Assembly: GCA_965655095.1 (NCBI GenBank)
Contig: OZ296649.1
Location: 112,406,001-112,470,000 of the forward strand
DNA length: 64,000 bases
Origin: Haplodiscus bocki
Lineage: Eukaryota
Reading direction: 5' to 3'
Every line of letters starts with the position of its first letter. Position 1 is the stretch's first letter. Positions 36,601 through 46,899 of this stretch are shown here, piece after piece. The notes beneath the pieces are model-generated. The model saw nothing but the letters and a program-made list of their open reading frames with translations. It did no database searches and had not been told where the DNA came from. The position numbers and the translations under genes are program-made.

Positions 36601-39600
36601 CTCGGACAATTGGCAAGTAAATGTTAAAAGAAAACGCGCCACGTTGGGTGGATGATTTTCCTACGATATTATAAATTTGTGCGGAAAAAAACTGGACAGA
36701 TTCAAAGTGAGACTTTGAAAAAATAAACTGTAAAAGTCGTCCTCTTCACTTAAGAATACAGCCGACTCTAAAAGCATAAATGGAAGAGTACTCACAGCTG
36801 AATTTTTTTGGAATGGCGACTACTGCAACAACAAAAAGTGCTAAGAAAGAAGATGAGTACATGAGTGATTTGGTAAATCTCACAGATCCGTCAAGGAGAT
36901 TGCACAGTTGAGAAGACTTCCAAAAAAGATGAAAGCCAATGTTTTCCCTTGCCAGAATAAACAGGCAATGAACAAACATCAATGGTGCCGAGGGTGACTT
37001 TCACTTCATTTGATTTTTCGAGCTAATTAGAAACAAGGTGCCCGGCTAACTCCGGGATATTTTCCATAACACAAATTTTCTATGAAAAGGTTGAAAAAAA
37101 CTAAACAATATGCGTGTCTTTTTTTTCGATTCTTCTCAAAGTTCTGTCTGAATTTTTGATCGAATAAAACTAAATTGACTTTTTGAAAAACTTTTTTCTG
37201 CGATAAAAATCCGTTTACTGTGCAACTTGTGGAAAAATTCAGACTTTTCCCATTAATAAAAAACTGACTTAAAACTGAAAATTCCGGGTTAGTAACTCAA
37301 AAAACCCTTAAATTTTCGGCGAGATAGCTCATTTTTTGAATTAGACGTTTTTGGGTTGTGAAAGATGGAAAATTTCAAGTTCCTTCCGAGACCCGAACAC
37401 TCCACTTCTGTGATTCCACACGCACGCACTGCGTGCACCCCTATGCCAATCTTTCTTCCCAATCCATTGAGCTGCACATAAATTGCATCGTTCAATTGGA
37501 AAATTTCATAAAAAAGAAAAGAATGCTGAATGATTTCACTTCCATATACTGAAAACATGGGTGGAAAATAATTATTCCCAGGTTGGTCAAGCAGCATGTT
37601 TCAAGCTGGCTTTTACAAAATGATTAAACTTCTGGACTAGAACTATGGTCCACATCTCTTTCAGATGTCACATACAACTGTGCGATTCATTCAAACTTCT
37701 AGTTCAATCCACAGATCGAGATCCAAAGAAGATACGCAGACACAACACTGAGATATTCTGTAGATACGAATGATTGTCTGAAACGTTTCAAACGTTTTCT
37801 CCTCCAATTTCCGGCGGTTTTAGATATTTAATCATGTAGAGGACTTTCCAGAACATACAACAAAGTATAGCGGCTGTCAATTCACTTCAACAAAGAGATT
37901 TCAACACTGACGAGACAGCCAAAAATCGAATACATCAATCGAGAATCGTTTTCCGATACAACGGCTTATCGTCAAATGCTTCAACATCCGTTTGGTAACT
38001 TTGTTCTTTCTATTTGAAAGCCACTGAAATCTTTTTGATCAGTCGAAAATCTTAGAATAACTTCCCAGTAAGAGTCTACATTTCTGAAGCTCAATTTTCA
38101 AAAACCAAAACTTTTACGAAAGGAAACAAAAATTTCACAGTTTGCATTGGATGTGAGTTTGAGATCCCTATTTTCCACTCTTGTAGCCACGATTTCTCTT
38201 TCAGTGCGTCAATGTCCCGACTATTCAACTATTTTGAAAAACCATATCTCACAACCCGTGCAAGCTCGGTGCAATAGTTGAATGAATTTTTTCCACTTTC
38301 AAAAATGTCACATTTCTTTCAAACTTTTCGCTCAATTTCAGTTCTCAAAAAGCCTTGTTTTGCTCAATCTTTCACTCAATAACAGACAGTGCTGATGCCC
38401 TCATGATTGTACTTACATGTGACGTTGATGGGGCAGTTGTGTGCAATTCCTGATTTTGTGCTAATTAAGTCAATGCTCTTCAGAGTTCGATTAGCCGCTG
38501 ACACATACACTGATCCATTCCTTGGAAATACGCTGTAGCTAAAAAAATATTCTGATAGTTGCTGACCGTTTATTACCACATGTTTCCGTGAGGCATGTTG
38601 CCACAATATGCTCCCTGCCACAATGCCAATTGCAGCAAAATCCAAAACAATTTTTCAAACAAAAGTGTGCCAATATCCTAAAGAAAAACGCGAAAAAAAC
38701 CATAGCTATCCGAGGCAGATAGCACTTCGCAAAATTTTCCCAAGCTGGGGATAGCCAAACCCTTATTCTGTTTGCCCGCAAATTGGGAAACAAATCAAAA
38801 GGTTACAAAGTTACCTTAATATAAGAAAACTTTTTGAGGAAGAAATAAACATTTTGTTGGATATGCGCGTTCTTACCACTATGGTCCACGGGGTCTCTCC
38901 TGTACTCCCACGCAGCTTTGCTCCATTTTGAAAAAAAAATCTAAAACCTTGGAAAATGTCGTCCGAAAATGCGTTAAAAAACGAGCAATACAAAGAGTAC
39001 ACTTCGTTAAATTAAAAACTGCCGAAGTCCTCAAAATGCTGTTCTTTCAGGCACTACGGCATTTATGCAGTGTCCTGACATTTCAGTGCCAAAAATCCCC
39101 ACATTGGTCCGGTAAATGTACAGTCATTTCAATCCTATTTTAAGACTATGTTGACAAAAAAGCATTACAGTTCAATTTTAAGCTCTCAAACTAACTAAAA
39201 TTGTAGACAAAAAATCAAAACTTTCTTAGACTTGTTGCTTCACTTGTCAATCAAGACAGTTTCTTTCAAGACACCCTATCGAGTTATCAATCACCACAAT
39301 TGACACTTCCAGATATGAAAAGTGTGCGATGATAAATGTGTGAAAGTGAACATTATATTTTCAGGTTTTGAAAGTTGCTCGAAATTAAGCAATTCTCATT
39401 TTGATGACTTCATTTTCACTCCATTCAATAGGTTTCATTCACGTCACTCAAGTATTTGACTCCATCGTGCTGATTTTAATTAACTAAGCTCCTAACCGAA
39501 ATCAGCATTTTTGGAGCTGAAAATCTGGAAAACAACAAGGTTTAGAAAAACATAGGCATCACAGATGTAGGAGTAAAGAGAACCCCCCCCTCTAGCTTGG

Positions 39601-42600
39601 GGAAGCGGAGGAAGTAAATGAAAAATCTAATAATACGGAATTGTCACGTTCACTTTTGCGCACAGTCGCGCGAGTTTGCGAACTGCGGAGAACGAAAGTA
39701 AAATCGATATGCATGAAGACCAACGTAACGCCGTTTAGGAACAAAAGTTTTAAAATTTTAGGAATACAAAGGCCTTTATTTCATCAAAACCGGACAACTA
39801 AAAAAATTACAATCCACCTGAAGAAGCCATGATAAGCAATTTTGCTCCAAATCTCGTTTCTCAAAAAACGATCGTTCTTCAAAGATTGTGATGTCTTGTT
39901 ATCCATGATTAAAACTTCAAAATCTCAGCCCTCAAGAAATGTACAACACAGAGGTAAAGCGGAACTCCGCAACACATTTTGACTTGTCATTTGAGATCAC
40001 GGATCCCGACACAATTAAAACCATGGTCGGAGATAATGTTGAAACTTTTAAAAATAGTAAACCAGCTGTCAATCAAGAGTTTGTTCAAAATAGTCAAAAA
40101 CTCAACAACGCGAAAATATTTGCCCGACTGTTTTACAATCAAAAAATTGATATCAAAGTGTTAACTTCAAAGGACTTCATGTTCCAGAAAATTGTTAAAG
40201 TCAAAGGCTTTGCGGGAGATTCAGAGCTATAAAATTTTACCTGAAGGTTTTTCCTATCTCTTTTAGCTTATGAGATTCTCGAGAAAAACCTCAAACTAAA
40301 AATGGCCAAAATCAGGGTAGTAATAAGTTTTTAGTCGCCGCGTGCAAACAAGCCCGGTTATTGCGGGGACCTTTTTAGCGAGCCGCTTATATTGACAGCA
40401 GCTTGCTAAAATGAAGCCTGCTTCCCCTGAGGTTTGATACTTGCGTTACATATGCATATCGCGCCAATTTGAGCCGTACCTGGCTTGTTAAATATTAGTC
40501 CGATTTTAGATAAAAAGGCACTAATAAAATCTTTGTTTCCTTAAGGAACTATTGATTTCCAAGAAACTTGTTTTTTTTAAAGCTTTCTCGTAAAGTCACT
40601 ACACTTTGAGAAAATAATCACCAAACTTGCCCATGTTTTTGCTCATGAGTTCACTTAATTAAAATCAGCACTGTATTTTGAGCTATGAAATTCCAAATCT
40701 GGGACGCAAATAATTGGGACTAAAACTCCTGATTGTGTGGGAAGGAACTATATGCGGAAAATTTCGTTCTTTCAACTGAGAGGTGTGAAACAGAAATGTC
40801 TAGTCATCGCAGCAGTTTCTTCTTAAAAATTCGCGATGTGAATAGAACATTGAAATGAAACATTTTTGCATAGCATCTAAAAACTGACGATCATAATTTT
40901 TGGTACAAAAGATTCACATAATTTTGTCCAGTTCGAAGCGACATTTGACCGAAACTTCTACAATTATGATCACAGTAGCTCCGTAATTTTAAATTTACAA
41001 GTAACGAGATGGGAGTTTTGTTTCGGAATAATTACCAGTTTCAAAGACTGCCTTCAAATTTTCAGAAATTTGACAAAAGATTTTGAAAACTTATTTTGCA
41101 AACTATCAAATTTTGAAGGCAATCAGTTTTGAAGTGAAGGAATGTTCGGAATTCGTTTGTGAGTTTTTTCAAGTAGTTTGTGAAGTATAACTATGAAAAA
41201 GATCAACTTACCCATTAGACGAATAAAGCTTATTTCCATTTAGTAGGAAGGTGCCTCCGATGTCTCTGAAATGCACCCACAGAGGGTCTCCCTCTTTCAC
41301 TATCAATGGGCACAAGGTGCTCGTTTCCAACCTATTCACTGTCGTTCGTCCTGACAACAGAATACTGAATAAAATGGTGGAAATGGGTCAATCACTTACT
41401 TCATGCAGTTATTACCGATAATCCTACTCAATTTAAATTTCATTCTTCCATAACACGGTTTATTGTAGATAGCAACTCCTCTATTGACTTTGAAACAATA
41501 TTTTAACTTATACAAGACGTACGGCTACCCTGGGATGTTTTTCGCCCTCAAGCGTTGTTAAAAATGCGTTTCAATGAAAAATTACATTTCTCTATATGCA
41601 TCCTATATCACATTAACTGCCTTTTCCTAATTTTCAAAAAATTTCGGCTTTTCCAAGAAAACTTTTCACTACAAGACACTCTTTTCGTACGTTTTCCAGA
41701 AGCCCTACTATTTCATTCCAAGTCTCCTGCAAATTTGCTACAGTTTGGTCATGAAATATTTTCAAACTCGCGCAACTGGCAAGTAAACGATAAAAAACGC
41801 AGGCGCTGAAAGCATCATTTTCCTTCCATACTTAAACATGGACAGAAAATAATAAAACAGCAAAGTACCCAATATACACCAAGTTGAAACGAAAACACCA
41901 GGAGTCTCCAGCGGACTACTGGCTAAGGTCCATATGGCAAAACGTTTCCACAGTTTAGTTTCAAATTTCAATCGAATTGCGCAATGAAAAACACATTTAT
42001 CGAATGAAAAATTCTTTAGAAGATTATGATACCCAAGCCAACCCTGTCCGAAAATGCGGAAAATAGATTCATATAGGTGGGCTTGGAACAAGGGTCTGGA
42101 TCAAGTAAATTGCAAGAGTGTGGATGGGTTTGCGCCAGTAGTTTTCCTGAGCATAAGCTCCCATTGAAATTCGAGGTGAAATTTTGGCAAAAAAGTACAA
42201 GTACAAAAGTTTGTTTGAAAACGCAACGAATTTTTTTTATTGACGGTCGATTTTAGCGTGCAATTTCTCCACGATACTGTTTTAGTGCCAGCAGCACGGA
42301 CATCTTTATTTTTTCGAAATTATTTTGAATTTTCGAAAATGAATGATTTGCTAGGTCTAATTGGGTATGGGTCAACCACTGATTTGGCCAGCCTGGGTTT
42401 GTGTCTATATGTCAGCCACTTCTTTCCAAGCCAGCATACAGGTTTTTACAGTTCAAAGTAAAAATTTGAGAAATCACCATTTGGAGCTTCCAATATGAAC
42501 GGCTTCTCTTCGAAGATATTATCAACTCGGCACACATAAATGGCCAAATCTTCAGCAGTCAGTTGTCGAATAGTTAGAACGTCATATTCAATGGCGATGT

Positions 42601-43595
42601 TGCTACTGTTTGATAACTTTTTGCCACCTCTGTACCAGTCAATTTTGGCAGGCTTTGGGTTGATGAAAAAATTGCACACAAGTTTTACCCCATTCCCCAG
42701 AGACAAGTCCTCAGCTCTTGGAAGAAATAAAGATACAGAAGTTTCTTTACCTTGCCCTGAAATTTAGGAAACGTGCTACATGGGGTAAAATGCATTCTTA
42801 ACTTGAAATCTGATTCGGTAAACGTTCTTTGCATATTTCCAACAAGCTGGCAACGGCCTAAATTGGGGCTTCCTGTACGGTTCAACATATGTAAAGGGGT
42901 ATCACAAAATTTTCGGTATTTGGAATTGGAAAAAAGTTGTTGTAGAGATTTTTGGTATTTTTGGCTTCTTGTAATTAATATATTACGTTTCCCGGCTTTG
43001 GGTTCTTCCCAGGACGGCCGAAGGCCTCGGATCCAAATATTTGACTAGAATTTTTTCAATTTCAATGGTTTTTTTAAAAAAAACAAAAGCCACTGTAATA
43101 TTCGGCACTTCTAAGAAACGCCAGATAAAAACGTTAACTGACTTCCAAAAGGCACCAGAATGTCATTTCCTGTTTATTATGATTTATATTGAAAATGATT
43201 CAACAACGTTTAAAAAAATAGGAAATGAGAAATAACTCACACTTTACAATAACAGGTATATTCTCGGACCGCTGTTTCTTGTCTGAGCTAGCCTCGGAAA
43301 CCTTAAAATGGTAGCTGCCATTGTTGTTTTCCTTCAAACTATCCAGAAGAAGATCACCCGTCTCAGGTACTGCAAAAGAAGTCACGTTCTCTGGGGTTTG
43401 AGCATATAAAGAATCACCATTCAACACAAAGAACCATTGAATTGATCGGATCTCATCTTCGTCTGTACATCCACTTCGAATCCGAAGGTTTTCTCCTATG
43501 TTCAATTTATAGACATCGGTTCTCTCATAATTGCAACCATTTGTGATAAAGTAAAAATTGCACAAAACTAAAGCTACAACAATATGAATTTTCAT
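15094..43595 (-). CDS. PTK7: PTK7/off-track-like inactive receptor tyrosine kinase, 14 coding exons, 1269 aa (1150 aa if exon 28241-28597 is skipped)
   Basis: Join (minus): 43595-43241, 42756-42478, 41350-41212, 38538-38417, 31381-31070, 30863-30712, 30375-30222, 28597-28241, 26997-26644, 18377-18118, 17162-17015, 16711-16227, 16001-15882, 15666-15094. All introns are GT-AG with matching phases; the total is 3810 nt. Architecture SP-7xIg-TM-kinase, with PTK7 signatures 'KLQFPRQELQ', 'VMVKSL', 'GDLKRFL', 'VHKDIAARN', no DFG, and 'KDVYRSEY..IPLRWM'. Confidence 0.93.
15882..16001 (-). CDS. PTK7: PTK7 coding exon 13: alphaC to hinge
   Basis: tttcag|GAG...TGG|gtaaat, 120 nt, phase 0/0. Encodes EKFQVEMEQY...RLLGVCTETDPLYLIFEYTEW. 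Confidence 0.95.
16227..16711 (-). CDS. PTK7: PTK7 coding exon 12: TM helix, juxtamembrane, kinase N-lobe
   Basis: tttcag|CA...CAG|gttgga. TM 'TIAIAVACAVGYILFMLALTIYC' followed by RRKR, then LGRGEYGDVF and VMVK. A second in-frame AG lies 6 nt downstream (16707-16706). Confidence 0.93.
17015..17162 (-). CDS. PTK7: PTK7 coding exon 11: Ig7 C-terminal half
   Basis: ctgtag|ATT...TCA G|gtgaaa, phase 0/1. Encodes 'LVIEDVQPEDQGKYWC', the I-set DxGxYxC motif. Confidence 0.92.
18118..18377 (-). CDS. PTK7: PTK7 coding exon 10: Ig7 N-terminal half
   Basis: tttttag|TT...AAA|gtatga, phase 1/0. Encodes 'EPVDQTVAKGDRVEFSC...WW'. Confidence 0.9.
22620..23040. repeat. Degenerate internally repetitive interspersed element
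   Basis: Recurrent unit 'GAGGG(G)TATCAC..TTTT' / 'GGGGGTCACGAATTTT' and 'CACAGTAC/CACTGCCGAAAA..TTCG' at ~22680, 22741, 22838 and 22950. A similar motif occurs at ~42895. Confidence 0.4.
26644..26997 (-). CDS. PTK7: PTK7 coding exon 9: Ig6
   Basis: ttttgcag|AG...GAT A|gttagt, 354 nt, phase 1/1. Encodes 'STISCQAEG..PSISW...QNGIYQCLA'. Confidence 0.92.
28241..28597 (-). CDS. PTK7: PTK7 coding exon 8: 119-codon low-complexity insert between Ig5 and Ig6 (candidate cassette exon)
   Basis: cttcaatag|GT...AAG G|gtaatt, 357 nt, open frame, phase 1/1, compatible with both neighbours. GC-richer than the flanking intron, with codon-phased trinucleotide runs (poly-Ala, poly-Asp). Confidence 0.72.
30222..30375 (-). 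CDS. PTK7: PTK7 coding exon 7: Ig5 C-terminal half
   Basis: gtttcag|ATC...TTG A|gtgagt, phase 0/1. Encodes 'NVLTLKNASTGDSVKITC'. Confidence 0.9.
30712..30863 (-). CDS. PTK7: PTK7 coding exon 6: Ig5 N-terminal half
   Basis: gttatag|TG...TTG|gtaagt, phase 1/0. Encodes 'IKEGEMLRLQCMANG..FEFHW'. Confidence 0.88.
31070..31381 (-). CDS. PTK7: PTK7 coding exon 5: Ig4
   Basis: ctttttag|AC...TTC G|gttaga, phase 1/1. Encodes 'FICTAGSANPPPTKYAWFRNNQPL...KFECH'. Confidence 0.92.
33172..33693 (-). mobile_element. Helentron/HINE-like non-autonomous element, copy A (inverted relative to the other copies)
   Basis: 33627-33693 is the reverse complement of the head at 35401. Shares the internal block 'CATTTGATAC..ACAGCAAATTTGCCA'. 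Terminal hairpin GCCACGC-ATA-GCGTGGC at 33177-33193. Confidence 0.6.
35401..36240 (+). mobile_element. Same family, copies B (35401-35905) and C (35906-~36240) in tandem
   Basis: Heads AACAAGACG.C.GGCTAC..CCGGC at 35401 and 35906. Duplicated internal blocks 'ACAGCAAATTT.C.A.CTTTACCGATTTT' and 'TTTGAGAAATCTTACTATTT..GTCGCATTCTA'. Confidence 0.65.
37032..37260 (+). mobile_element. Same family, 5' fragment
   Basis: Head AACAAGGTGCCCGGCTAACTCCGGGATATTTT. The 3' limit is approximate. Confidence 0.45.
38417..38538 (-). CDS. PTK7: PTK7 coding exon 4: Ig3 C-terminal half
   Basis: ttttttag|C TAC...ACA T|gtaagt, phase 2/1. 'YSVFPRNGSVYV' resembles the PTK7 Ig3 'VFANGSLLL' segment. Confidence 0.85.
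41212..41350 (-). CDS. PTK7: PTK7 coding exon 3: Ig3 N-terminal half (absent from the ORF track)
   Basis: gttgtcag|GA...AAT GG|gtaagt, phase 1/2, bridging exons 2 and 4. Encodes 'TLCPLIVKEGDPLWVHF..FLLNGNKL'. The acceptor may instead be at 41364. Confidence 0.8.
41512..41860 (+). mobile_element. Same HINE-like family, diverged copy
   Basis: Head ACAAGACGTACGGCTACCCTGGG, then 'CAAATTTGCTACAGTTTGG' and a tail 'AACTGGCAAGTAAA..CATTTTCC..GAAAATAATAA' shared with copies A and B and the fragment at ~36600. Confidence 0.5.
42478..42756 (-). CDS. PTK7: PTK7 coding exon 2: Ig2
   Basis: tttcag|GG...AAT G|gtgatt, phase 1/1. Encodes 'GVKLVC..NPKPAKIDWYRGG...LTIRQLTAEDLAIYVC'. The donor may instead be at 42450. 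Confidence 0.9.
43241..43595 (-). CDS. PTK7: PTK7 coding exon 1: signal peptide and Ig1
   Basis: ATG at 43595; hydrophobic leader MKIHIVVALVLCNFYFITNG; 'IQWF..NG', 'GDLLL..NNGSY'. Donor AAG T|gtgagt gives 'IVKW', like 'NIKW' at the end of PTK7 Ig1. An acceptor tttatttcag at 43658 implies an upstream non-coding exon or leader. Confidence 0.88.
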
Positions 43596-43596
43596 T

Positions 43597-43647
43597 CTAA
43601 ATACAGAGCGCGGCGATAACACCAAGATCGTCCAGAATCATGCGCAT
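43597..43647 (-). promoter_or_regulatory. Candidate uORF (MRMILDDLGVIAALCI*) in the PTK7 5' leader
   Basis: ATG 43647 to TAG 43597 within the exon starting at 43657, followed by A-ATG (main start). Confidence 0.5.
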
Positions 43648-46129
43648 CAATCACTATCTGAAATAAAATGACATGAATTCATAGTCCTCATTGTGTCAAA
43701 ATGAAGAGTATAGTTTTATTTAGAGCCCATAATAGTACAAACACTTGCATTTTGAGCTTAGTATCGATAACACATTTGAAATCTTATGTTAAAAGGAAAA
43801 CTTTCAAAGGAATTCGCAAAATTTTAAAACTTGCATCTTTTACAGACCTTGGAACCAAAAGCAACAAGATCGCAATACAAGTGAGATTGCACTCTCATAA
43901 CTGCTATCAAAGATGATTCTTCCCCATCAAATATGTGCAATCGTCATCTTGAAGATCCGAAGCCAGGTTCACGATCCAGGTCACAAAAACTTGAGCACTC
44001 TGAGAAAATAATGGAGAAAACCTGTACACTTAATCGAGAGCGATCGAAGTGTCGTTGCAGTCTGGGGTAAAACAAGTTTGAAACAAAGTTTTTTGTACTA
44101 TTGCTCTTGCTCTCTATGTTCATACTTTGTGGAACCGGCCCTCCCAAAGGATAGTGCAAATTGATGATGACTATTAAGTTTAGCATTTAAAAATGATAAA
44201 ATCCGCGGAAAATTTGAGGTCTTTCAGCAGCATTGTCGCAAAGGCAGAGAGTTCAGTGATTTGTGACGCAACCGTTTTCACTTCAATTTGTCGGTCTATT
44301 TCAGGGGTTCATTACTCCGAAAATATTTTTAAATCTAGTTGATCCGAAAAATAAATCAACTAATTAAACTGCATATAGGACTGTGTTGCAACTCAGTATT
44401 ATAACTGGTTTCTTCGGCGCTTTCAAATCGTTCCTTTTGCTCGATTTGAAGCTGATTTGCGTGCTCCTGGTCAGCTTGAGACTATTTGCAAAGTGCCGAC
44501 AATCAAAAACCGTTTACCTTATATATAGTCTATTGACTGTTCTAGTACTGAAAAAACTTTGTTATAATAATTCATCAAAGCTTCCGTGCAGTGACTATTC
44601 GTCATTCTGGAGAATAAATGAATTGGTTATATACTACCTGTCAATTTAAAGCACGCGTTATGGCATCCAATAAGATTCATTTTCGAGGAAATGACTAAAA
44701 AATCATTTTCGTAGCATTGGCATGTCAGAGGGGAAAACGTCCCCGTTTAAAGATGAACTTGCTTCGAATCTCGGCTTGACAATAGCTGGATTTTGCAATG
44801 CGTTTTAGATTTCATTTTAGAACTCACGCACAGGATAATGGTGGGGAATTCCAAAACGTCCCTTTGACAGCTTCACATCAATAAAAAAAATCAGTCGAAT
44901 AAATTGTACAAGATACGAATTATCGCCAACTCAATAGTTCATCGGAGGGAACTTCTTCCCAAATGGTAGAAAACTGAAGGTTGCAAATAGGCGAAATTTT
45001 ATCCGATCTCTTTCTCAATGTTGCAAGAATTGATTAACTTCGAACGAAAGGAAGAAAGATTGTACTTTCTGACGCGTACAAACAAAGTTACAGTTGTAAC
45101 AAACAAGAAACACAGCATCATAGGCACCCACCTATAGGCAGAAGCCCTTTAAATCGAGTACCTAGACTAACAAGCTTGCTTCAGAAAATCAAATCTGATA
45201 ACCCTTCATTTCGAACAACCAAGTTACACAATAAGTTTTGTGGACCAATTCTGATCAAGCTGGGGGACATTTGGAAAGAACAAATGCCGTTTCAAAAAGA
45301 CACTTATTAGCTTGGTACCTCCTAGACTGAGACGTCTACTGTTATTTTTTTCACATATTAACGTAGCTAGAAGACCCTTATGTGAATTTATTGTTTGGAA
45401 AGCTTCCGTACGATACAAGTTACTTAAGTAGGGAGGGGAATTTCTTGCCTCGATGCTCTCGAAATGAATTTGATGAGTTCAAAACAAAAGAGTGCATAAA
45501 CTGAGAGTAAATTGCCTCCCTCAAAAAATTTCAGGCGAAGGATAATCACGGTGTTTGCCACAAAGAAACCGTACAAAGTTTTGTACAAACTTTGAATGGA
45601 TTCAAGTTTTCACTTTGACGTATATCCAATAATCATTTTCCCAAACAAAAGAGATGGACTAACACAAGTATTAAAGTTTCTGAAAACGTATTCTGAAACA
45701 ATTTGGTTTTAGTTTTTCCGGAACTGACATTGAATCGCACAACTTTCTTCGCAAAAAAACTCGAACCTTTGTGCAAACTGAGCCGATTATCAGCGAGGAT
45801 AACGAAATAACTGATGTTGTTAGACTTTTCTATAGTTTGGGTTCCCAATAAATCGCTAGCTTTGCATCCGAAGAAACGCAGCATGTGTCTTTTCATTGTC
45901 TTCAAGGAAAGTTTAGATTGATACGTCCCTTCAATGAACTCAAAAAGATGCGAGACCAGATTGCTTTTGTTTTGCTTTTCAGTTGACTATGTAAAGCAAC
46001 TGTATCATCCAAGAACAAATGGGGTATAAACAAATTTCAAAATTTGGTAAATAGTTAAGGTATATAAAGAACAGAAACGGCCCAATTATAGAAAATTAGG
46101 GAACACCAGAAGATGTTGTTAATGAATTC

Positions 46130-46530
46130 CTGTCAGCATCTTGTACCTGCACAAACTGCTTTCTTGTTTGAAATAGCGATGAACCGGTGCAAAAAAAACC
46201 ATACACAAAACTTCTCTAGCTTTTCAATTACAACTGCTTGGTCATTTGTTTTGAGAGTTTTTATCGGATCTGGTAAAATACATGTAACATTTGAGTTATT
46301 ATCGAAGCGAGTATCTTCTGGCAACTCGGCGAGTGCGTAAAGCACGCTGTATCCAGATGAAAATCCAAATTGTTTTTTGTAAACTATTTTTCCCTTTTAG
46401 AGAAATCCATGGCGATTTTAATAAATATTTCATTCCAAGATTTTGCTTAATACAGGGAGCGCAGATATCGATCGAGAAATTTCTGTGTCCATTTTTCATC
46501 CTTTTTATAAAGGTGTGTAACCTAACATTT
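46130..46530 (-). mobile_element. LINE 3'-end fragment related to the element at 50690-53070
   Basis: 'TTTTCCCTTTTAGAGAAATCCATG..ATTTCATTCCAAGATTTTGCT..GCAGATATCGA' (46387-46471) aligns by eye with 50757-50841. Confidence 0.45.
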
Positions 46531-46899
46531 TAAGGGGTTCCCGGAAAGTTTCTCTCTCTATAGACACAATTTCAAAAAGAACAAGAAAGTGTTAAGCAGT
46601 TTCAGATCAAAAGAAATACCACGTCAGCTTTGGTGGCCCTTTGAGTCCTGAGAGGCGAAGGGAAAAATCCTTTGCCACACTTTCTTGAAATCAAAACACT
46701 GACCATTGTTCGAATAAACGGTAACAACCTGGAAACGATCATCAAGCAGAATCAGAGCCTGAAATCGTCAGATTAAGTCAAAGATTTTAAACAAATCATG
46801 CACTTTAAAATCCAGTTCTCTATTTTTTTTTCATTTGCGAAGTCATAGTGATTTACTTCCTTGGCACCAACTAAAGATCAATTCTGTTCCGTGAATTTA

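Noticed and set aside
39939-40232. 97-aa plus-strand ORF inside a PTK7 intron (possible nested gene)
   Set aside because: No recognisable domain or exon partners, and its length is within chance or TE-debris expectation.
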